Assembly: GCA_947631925.1 (NCBI GenBank)
Contig: CANRNE010000008.1
Coordinates: 3,683-67,682, forward strand
Direction of reading: 5' to 3'
DNA: 64,000 nucleotides
DNA from: an uncultured Clostridia bacterium
GTDB lineage: Bacteria > Bacillota > Clostridia > Christensenellales > Borkfalkiaceae
Shown here: positions 57,552 to 64,000 of the stretch, piece after piece
Position numbering within the stretch: the stretch's first letter is position 1
How the letters are laid out: every line of letters begins with the position of its first letter
Program-made: the position numbers and the translations under genes
Notes under the pieces: model-generated
What the model was told of the DNA's origin: nothing
Database searches by the model: none
Seen by the model: the letters and a program-made list of their open reading frames with translations, nothing else

Positions 57552-59804
57552 ATGTCACGCCTGCAATGGGGCAACGTTACCGCCCCTGATTTCACCGCTG
57601 CTGCTCGCCTCCAGGAATCGGCCAACAAGGCACTGGATGGTGCACTGACTGGCGTTACTGATTTCGTTACCGGGATCACCACACGTCAGCGTGAGGCCGA
57701 TGAGCAGAGCCTGCGCATCAAGGCACAGAGCTACATGGACGATCCGGAGGGTCTTCGTAGGGAACTGGCCGACGGAACGTTCTACGGCAAGATTAAGCCC
57801 GGCAGTCTGTCCAACGGGTTCATCGAGTCGTTGACCACGGCTGCCGATGGTCTGCTGACCAGCAAGAACAACTTCCTGAAAGACCGTGACTCCAAGGAAT
57901 ACGCAGCACTGGTAGCTGCGGCCAACCCGTACTTGAATCAGGCAACTCTGGCGGAGAGTCAAGGAAGGCCTGATGAAGCTCGTGCGATTCTGGCTCGACC
58001 GGAGGTTTTGGCTCTGCGGAATGCCGATTTCCGTCTGGCTACTCAGAACCGTCAAGCTGACGGTACCGCACAGCGCACGGAAGAGACTGAGATCCAGACT
58101 TTCAACGAGCAACGGGAACAGGCAGCTGTGGAAGCCTTCCTGACCCAGAACAGCATCACCGATGCTGGCAAGGCCCCGTTGTTGCGTCAGATGCTTGAAG
58201 AGAAGCGGATCAGTGCCAATACCTTCAACAAGCTGATGGGCCAGTACGGTGCTGCACCTACTAGCGCAGTCGGTACAGCTGGTGGATCTACTGGTACAGG
58301 TTGGGGCGCAGGATCTGCCATGACCGAGACCGACTGGTTCTCTGATTCCCTGACTCCGTATGAAGCAGGGCTTTTTGGAGCCGAATCGTCCAATAACCCC
58401 AACGCCCGGAATCCGGATTCAACGGCTACTGGGCTGGGACAGTTCTTGGGTAGTACGTTCGTCAACGTCATGCGTAAGTACCACCCGGATCAAGTACGTG
58501 GCATGTCCGATGATCAGATCAAGGACTTGCGTACCAACCCGGAAATGAATGCTCTGGCTTCTGTGGCATTCCGAAAGGAGAACGCAACAGCTCTCCAAAG
58601 GGCTGGTGTACCTCTGTCCCCGGAGACCATGTACCTCGCGCATCACTTTGGTGCCGAACGTGGTGTCGAAATCTTCCGCAAAGCATCTCCATCAACCCGC
58701 ATGGAGGATCTGCTGACTCCGACAGAGTTGGAGGCAAACTCGTCTTACAAGGGTAAAACTTTCGGTGAAGTGTCATCCAACTGGGCTGGACGATTTGCTC
58801 GGAATAGTCCTCGTGACACCATGAATCAGAGCCTCCTGGTTCAAGATGATGCAGCCAACTCTTTCCAGTCTGTTGCCGCAGGTAACCAGCGTTTCCTTGA
58901 TTTGCAGGCAGATCCGTCTGACCAGAATCAGGTGATCACTGCTGCCATGCAGGAAGGAGGCACCTTGGCCGGTGAGGGGGTGACCCGTGGGATGGTGACT
59001 CAGGCGTATCGAGATATCGAAAAGATGCGCCCGAACAATCTGTCCCGAGGAGAACTGGCCGACGCAAACTGGACACCCTCTCCCGCGCTGATTGCCAGCA
59101 TCCTTGCCGAGTCTCGTTCAGGAAGTGGGGATGTCCCGAATGTGGGCAGCCGCATCTTGAATTACATTGCGGGTTCTGAAGGTCCCCGTCTTTCGTATGA
59201 CAAGGAAGCAGCGCAGGAGCGTATCAATCGTGCCTACGCTGCTTCGTCACAGGCAGGTGCTCAGGCGGGCCGTAGCATCAACCAGACTCGTGCTGAGGCT
59301 GCTCAAGCGCAGGCCACACTGCAGGCCGCTACCCAGCGAGTGACCCAATTGGAGCAGGCTGCCCGGGGCAATCCACGCTTGATGCAATCACGGGAAATGC
59401 AACAAGCACGGCAGGATGTCCTGCTTGCCCAAGCTCAACTTGAAGCCGCCAGTCAGGCTACCCAAGGGGTGATTACCCCTACACGTACTGGTGATCAGGT
59501 GCGTGCAGGGAATGAGCAGACTCAGCAGTCTTCTCGACAGCGAGCCACAGAAGCGGCCCGGCTGTTGCAGGAACAGCGCGCAGCTGAGCAGGCTCGTCTG
59601 CGTGGAGTACCAGCAGGTGCAGGTGTTTTGGCCAACTCCGGTGGTATGTTCGCTTCTTGGCTCCCGGCTGCTACAACTCCGGCTGCTACACCGCAGATGT
59701 CTGAAAGCCAAGCACAGGCTGTCGCTGCACGGTTGGCTCAGGAAGCTGCGAAACGGGAACGTGACCAGCAGGCTGCAAGCTGGGTAGCGAATCGAATGCG
59801 CTAA
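57552..59804 (+). CDS. Internal virion protein with a lytic transglycosylase (SLT) domain (gp51 position), 750 aa
   Basis: AAGGAGG ribosome-binding site. The SLT signature is LFGAESSNNPNARNPDSTATGLGQFLGSTF. Confidence 0.85.
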   Translation: MSRLQWGNVTAPDFTAAARLQESANKALDGALTGVTDFVTGITTRQREADEQSLRIKAQSYMDDPEGLRRELADGTFYGKIKPGSLSNGFIESLTTAADGLLTSKNNFLKDRDSKEYAALVAAANPYLNQATLAESQGRPDEARAILARPEVLALRNADFRLATQNRQADGTAQRTEETEIQTFNEQREQAAVEAFLTQNSITDAGKAPLLRQMLEEKRISANTFNKLMGQYGAAPTSAVGTAGGSTGTGWGAGSAMTETDWFSDSLTPYEAGLFGAESSNNPNARNPDSTATGLGQFLGSTFVNVMRKYHPDQVRGMSDDQIKDLRTNPEMNALASVAFRKENATALQRAGVPLSPETMYLAHHFGAERGVEIFRKASPSTRMEDLLTPTELEANSSYKGKTFGEVSSNWAGRFARNSPRDTMNQSLLVQDDAANSFQSVAAGNQRFLDLQADPSDQNQVITAAMQEGGTLAGEGVTRGMVTQAYRDIEKMRPNNLSRGELADANWTPSPALIASILAESRSGSGDVPNVGSRILNYIAGSEGPRLSYDKEAAQERINRAYAASSQAGAQAGRSINQTRAEAAQAQATLQAATQRVTQLEQAARGNPRLMQSREMQQARQDVLLAQAQLEAASQATQGVITPTRTGDQVRAGNEQTQQSSRQRATEAARLLQEQRAAEQARLRGVPAGAGVLANSGGMFASWLPAATTPAATPQMSESQAQAVAARLAQEAAKRERDQQAASWVANRMR

Positions 59805-59814
59805 GCTTCAAAGG

Positions 59815-59840
59815 AACCCCGCTTCGGCGGGGTTTTCCTT
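59815..59840 (+). terminator. Rho-independent terminator between the SLT protein gene and the giant gene
   Basis: AACCCCGC-ttcg-GCGGGGTT followed by TTCCTTTAT. Confidence 0.8.
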
Positions 59841-59897
59841 TATGGGGGAAGGGGAAACGGGTAAAGTTGCATCCACCAAGACCCGTAGGTACGAAGA

Positions 59898-62800
59898 ATG
59901 TCCACTCCCCAGGAATACATGGATCGCCTGTTCTCTCAGGCATCTGCTCCGGCTACCCCAGCGGCAACCGCTGGACGTGCAGCAGGTCTTGCTGCCGCAA
60001 CAGGTTACGGCGGTGAGTCCACTGCTCCGGGACTGGAAGCCGACCTTCGCACCATGTCTGCATCCGCCTTGGCTCAGAAGTATGGCTATGAGACTGCCAT
60101 GCAGGCCCTCGGTGCACAGGGTCAAGCTGCTGCTCAGTACAACGGGCTGGTGAATAACCAAAGCCGTTCCACATTCGGTGCAGTGGATGACACTGTGCAA
60201 GGTGTGGCTGACGGCTTCGTCAACTCAGTCATGGGCATTGCCGGTCTGGCTACCGGTGCTCTGTCTGATCCGGGTGGTTCCGCTGTGGCTGGAGCTAACC
60301 AGGACTACAACGACTGGTCATTCTTGCAGCGTTCCGATCAGATGCGTTCGCGTCTGGCCGCAAGGGAACTGCGCAATGAAATGCGCCAGCGTGACAACGA
60401 CGCTGCCTACGAGGCTGACAAGCAGACGAACGGTGACGGTCTGGTGACTGGCCTTCGTCGTATCGGGCGTGAAGCACTGTCGGGTGGTGCTGCCATGTTC
60501 GACGATGGTTCGACCTTTGGTGAGGATGTCTCGCAGGCCATTGGCTCGTTGGCCACTGCTGGTCCCATCGGTAAGGGCATCACTGCTGCCGGTAAGGGAG
60601 TAGCTGCTGCTGCTCGTGCAACGGCTCCTCGTCTGGCAGCCAAGACTGATGATGCTCTGGCTGCTCTCACTGTCTCCAACCCTCGACTGGCGTCGGTGAT
60701 TGAGAAGACGGGGCAGAACGCTGGAACCATGGCAGGTATTACTGCGATGGAGGCGGGTGGTGCCTACAACTCGACCATGCAGGATGTGGCATCCCTCCCG
60801 TTCGATACCTTGATGCAACACTCTCCAGTGTTCGCAGAACTGGTGGCTCAGGGCATGTCTCTGGAAGACGCCCGTGAACAGGTGGGCAATGCTGCTGCCT
60901 TGCAGGCTGCCGGCTGGACTGGCTTGATGGCTGCACCTCTGTCCGCTCTTGTGGCTCGCTTCGAAGGCAACCTCTTCTCCAGCGTTCCGCTGGGACGTGG
61001 CATTGCCAACATGGGGGCGGAAGCCGTAGAAGAAGGCGGCATCGGTCTGGGTGGTGGTTTGTCTCAGAACGCTGCTGTTCGTGACAACGCTGACGCTACC
61101 CGTAGCCTGACCGTGAATGTCGGTGAGCAGGTTGGCCAGGGTGCAATCCTTGGTGCCGCTGCTGCTGGTGCAGTTCAAGCTCCCCGTATGGCAGGCCAAG
61201 CCACTGCTGCTGTAGCAGGTAAGGCGCTGGATGCTGTGGCTGGCTCAACCAATGAAGTGGCCAACCGTGAGCAAGCAGCAGTCGCCCAAGTACAGGCAAG
61301 GGAAGTGCAGCAGGCAGTGGAAGCTGCTGAACCGACTTTGCAGACACTGACCCCGGAAGGCCAAGCAAAGTGGAACGAGATCCGTGAGGTCTATGAGTTC
61401 AATGCTGAGGAGTTCTTCGGTGGGCAGGCCCCTCCGGAAGTCATGGAAGCTCTCGGCCCGGCAGTCAATACTCCGGATGCCGTCAGCCGCATGGTCAAGC
61501 TGGCTGAGACGACCAAGGATCCTGCTCTGAAGCAACAGATGGCTCTGCTTGCTTTCGAGCAGTCCCTCTACATGGAGGCGATCCTCGAAGACCCGGACAC
61601 CTTCACGGTGGCTGGTGCCCCTGAAGCAGATGCCGCTATGGCTGCCATGGCTTCTTCCATGGCGTCTGCATGGAAGGGTGACGGGCGGCAGAAGCTGCGT
61701 GAGCAGGCTGCTGAAATCTACCGTGCTCAGATGGCTCAAGGCACCCCGGAGCAGCAGGTTCAAGCTGCTGAAAATCTGGTTGTGGCTGATCCGCTGTCTG
61801 CCGAGCCAGCGCAGATTCGTACCGTCCTTCAGCACGCCGAGAATGGCATCGGCAACATGTCCCCTCAGTCTCGTGCAGCTCTGGAAGCTGCACTGGAAGT
61901 GGTGGAAGCTGACCGTACTCTGCGTGCTCAGTTGGAATCGGAAGGCTATACCCCGACCAACAATGACAAGGTATCTGAGCAGATCCGCTCCTCACAGGAA
62001 TGGGGCAACGGCACTGCTCAGTCTCTGGGTGGTCATGTAGCTCAGCTTCTGAACTTCGTTCGTCAGGGGGCTACCAACGCTGCTGCTGATCAGGCAGATC
62101 ATCTGGCCAACTTCGCCCAGCACATGAGCAACAAGGTCGAAGCCTTGAATGCTCACTACGCTGCTGGCCCAAAGACTGAGCCAATGGGCTATGAGCAGTA
62201 CACCCGTGACGGTGTATGGCGCACGGTGGAAGGCGGACTCAAGACTGGCTTGGGTGTTACCCCCCAAAGCGGGAAGTCTCTCCAGAACGCCCGAGCCATC
62301 GAAGCTGATGCTCGCATGACGGTAAACACTCTCAATGCCATGGCTGATGCCTTCCCTCAACTGGGTCTGAGCAAGCTTCCGTTGCCGAAGCTGGCTGATG
62401 CCTTGCAAGGCCCGATGGAAGAAGTCCTGGAGCGTCACCGTCCGGTGAAGCAGGGTCCTGCCCCGATCAAGCGCGGTCAGACTGTCGTACCTGATCAAGC
62501 CCCTCCGGTCCCTACTCCGGAACAGATTCAGGAGATTGAGCGAAAGGCTACGGAGCGTGATGCCTCAAAGTCTGAGCCAACGAAGCAGGAAGAGTCTGCT
62601 CCGGTGGCTCGTCCGACTGCCACTCCGGAACAGGTGCAGGCCAAGAAGGATCGCTATGCCCAGCAGAAGGCTGCGGCCAAGGAAGCCAAGAAAGAAGAAG
62701 CACCTGCACCTGTAGCGTCTCGGGTCACTCCTGAGCAGGCCAAGCGACTGTCGGATGAAGGTCTCAACGAACGTTTGCAGAATCTGGTTGGCAAGCGCGC

Positions 62801-64000
62801 TGATGGAAGGGCTACCCCAGAGGACAACGCAACCTTCGATGTTCTTGATGCCGAGATGATCGAACGTGAAGACGCTTCCGCAGTTGAGGTAGATCTCATG
62901 GCTCCGGTTGTGGAGGCACAAGCCGCGCCGCAGGAAGAAATCACTGAGACCGTTGAAGACGTTACCCCCGTGGAAGAAGCTCCGGCTGCTGCCGACACGG
63001 AGGAAGCACCGACGACAACTGCAACAGATGAGGAGAGTGCTTCTGCATCTGTAGAGGTTGAGCCGAAGGGTAACCTGAAGGCTGATGCTGAGTTGGTTCA
63101 GCGTTTCCCGAACCTCCTGCCTACCTCATGGTTCCGCCACATCTTCCGTAGCACCGGGGAGAACGTGGTACTGGCCGGTCGCTCGATTGAAGAATTGTCC
63201 GATCTGCTCAACACGGATGAGCTGACCTCTATGGCTCCGAATGTGGGTGCACTGGAGCCGTCGGTAGCCGAGGGTTATCAGGAGCTGCTGGGAGAGATGT
63301 TGCCCCAGTTGCGGGAAATCATGCGCAATCGCATGACCTCGTTCCTAACTGCCGACTATGACTCGAAGGGCGACCGTACAAATCTGGATGTACTGTTCGA
63401 ATCGAACACCTTTGAGCACACCCCATCAGGTCGTGCACTCAACGTTGCTGAGTCAGTCAATGGTGAGGAGATCACTTACAACGAAGAGATTCTCAATGCT
63501 GCACTGCTGTCGGCTACCCAGTGGTACTTGAACGCTGGTGTATCCCCGGCCATGTCTGCCGATGAGTGGTCCGAAGCTCTGGGCGTCGTAGTGAACATCG
63601 ACTTGGCTAACCAGCTCAATGCTGGCTCTCACTACGAGGATGCCATTGACGAAGTGGCTCATCGCATGACTCGTTACTTGGGAATCCAAGGAAACAACGA
63701 TGCCCCACAGGGCATGGTGCAGGGTGTCCAGTTTGCGCTGGCTCAGGAAGCTTTGGAGGCATTGATCCAAGCTGAGGCAATCCGGGTTGAGAACGTCAAC
63801 TTCGCTGGGTTCTCTAATGAGGCCGGTCAGGAAGATTCCTTGCTCAATCGTTCAGTGCGTCGCATCCACGTTGACAAGACCAAGTTGCATCCAGGCCTTG
63901 TTGGTGAGGGCGGTGATTCCAACGTGATTGAACGCATGTTGGCCAAGGAACCGGAAGGTGGACGCTTCTATGTGGGCGATGAGGTCCCGAAACCGATTGC
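59898..64000 (+). CDS. Giant virion protein, N-terminal ~1367 codons; vRNAP (N4 gp50-like) by synteny; runs off the window
   Basis: My translation from the ATG at 59898 (MSTPQEYMDRLFSQ...) is open to the window end. It is absent from the track because no stop lies in the window. All listed ORFs in this region are short or antisense. No polymerase motifs are expected or seen in this N-terminal part. Confidence 0.7.
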   Translation, partial: MSTPQEYMDRLFSQASAPATPAATAGRAAGLAAATGYGGESTAPGLEADLRTMSASALAQKYGYETAMQALGAQGQAAAQYNGLVNNQSRSTFGAVDDTVQGVADGFVNSVMGIAGLATGALSDPGGSAVAGANQDYNDWSFLQRSDQMRSRLAARELRNEMRQRDNDAAYEADKQTNGDGLVTGLRRIGREALSGGAAMFDDGSTFGEDVSQAIGSLATAGPIGKGITAAGKGVAAAARATAPRLAAKTDDALAALTVSNPRLASVIEKTGQNAGTMAGITAMEAGGAYNSTMQDVASLPFDTLMQHSPVFAELVAQGMSLEDAREQVGNAAALQAAGWTGLMAAPLSALVARFEGNLFSSVPLGRGIANMGAEAVEEGGIGLGGGLSQNAAVRDNADATRSLTVNVGEQVGQGAILGAAAAGAVQAPRMAGQATAAVAGKALDAVAGSTNEVANREQAAVAQVQAREVQQAVEAAEPTLQTLTPEGQAKWNEIREVYEFNAEEFFGGQAPPEVMEALGPAVNTPDAVSRMVKLAETTKDPALKQQMALLAFEQSLYMEAILEDPDTFTVAGAPEADAAMAAMASSMASAWKGDGRQKLREQAAEIYRAQMAQGTPEQQVQAAENLVVADPLSAEPAQIRTVLQHAENGIGNMSPQSRAALEAALEVVEADRTLRAQLESEGYTPTNNDKVSEQIRSSQEWGNGTAQSLGGHVAQLLNFVRQGATNAAADQADHLANFAQHMSNKVEALNAHYAAGPKTEPMGYEQYTRDGVWRTVEGGLKTGLGVTPQSGKSLQNARAIEADARMTVNTLNAMADAFPQLGLSKLPLPKLADALQGPMEEVLERHRPVKQGPAPIKRGQTVVPDQAPPVPTPEQIQEIERKATERDASKSEPTKQEESAPVARPTATPEQVQAKKDRYAQQKAAAKEAKKEEAPAPVASRVTPEQAKRLSDEGLNERLQNLVGKRADGRATPEDNATFDVLDAEMIEREDASAVEVDLMAPVVEAQAAPQEEITETVEDVTPVEEAPAAADTEEAPTTTATDEESASASVEVEPKGNLKADAELVQRFPNLLPTSWFRHIFRSTGENVVLAGRSIEELSDLLNTDELTSMAPNVGALEPSVAEGYQELLGEMLPQLREIMRNRMTSFLTADYDSKGDRTNLDVLFESNTFEHTPSGRALNVAESVNGEEITYNEEILNAALLSATQWYLNAGVSPAMSADEWSEALGVVVNIDLANQLNAGSHYEDAIDEVAHRMTRYLGIQGNNDAPQGMVQGVQFALAQEALEALIQAEAIRVENVNFAGFSNEAGQEDSLLNRSVRRIHVDKTKLHPGLVGEGGDSNVIERMLAKEPEGGRFYVGDEVPKPI

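Noticed and set aside
60318-63770. Series of minus-strand ORFs (293, 196, 168, 118, 114, 105 aa) in the last 4 kb
   Set aside because: All lie antisense to one uninterrupted plus-strand frame that starts at 59898 and is open to the window end. It is missing from the ORF track only because it has no stop in the window.

Overview
This window looks like about 64 kb of an N4-like (Schitoviridae-type) podophage genome from a Gram-negative host, roughly mid-50s % GC by eye. All calls come from my own reading and translation; there was no database search, so functions rest on recalled motifs and on synteny with Escherichia phage N4. Two transcription blocks diverge from a roughly 700 bp non-coding junction at 37596..38291. 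The minus-strand block (37595 down to 1) carries about 20 small early genes and a split T7-like RNA polymerase (N4 RNAPII gp15/gp16-like, 31502..32326 and 29221..30435). It also carries AAA+/MoxR/VWA proteins, three homing-endonuclease genes, a dCTP deaminase, a six-gene tRNA array, a ThyX-like protein, an SPFH lipoprotein and rIIA/rIIB-like proteins. Its replication genes are a MazG-like NTPase, a Dda-like helicase, a family A DNA polymerase, a PD-(D/E)XK nuclease and a P-loop protein that runs off the left edge. The plus-strand block (38292 to 64000) carries small leader genes, terminase, a tail-fibre module, a lysis cassette (holin candidates, SAR-type GH108 endolysin, embedded spanins), portal, scaffold-like and major capsid proteins. 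These are followed by gp55-to-gp51-like internal virion proteins and the first ~1367 codons of a giant virion protein (vRNAP-like by synteny) that runs off the right edge. Genes are chained by ATGA/TAATG/TGATG stop-start overlaps almost throughout. The items most worth a second look are: (1) a fibre plus HExxH-lipoprotein cassette translationally coupled to the DNA polymerase gene; (2) two copies of a GC-stem, 3-nt-loop hairpin upstream of early genes, which are candidate vRNAP hairpin promoters; (3) a ThyX-like protein whose conserved segments appear circularly permuted; (4) a small 2-TM protein plus SPFH lipoprotein placed between ThyX and rIIA/B; (5) a tRNA array with two atypical members, an embedded low-GC ORF and flanking long inverted repeats. 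No CRISPR array, integrase or rRNA was seen.
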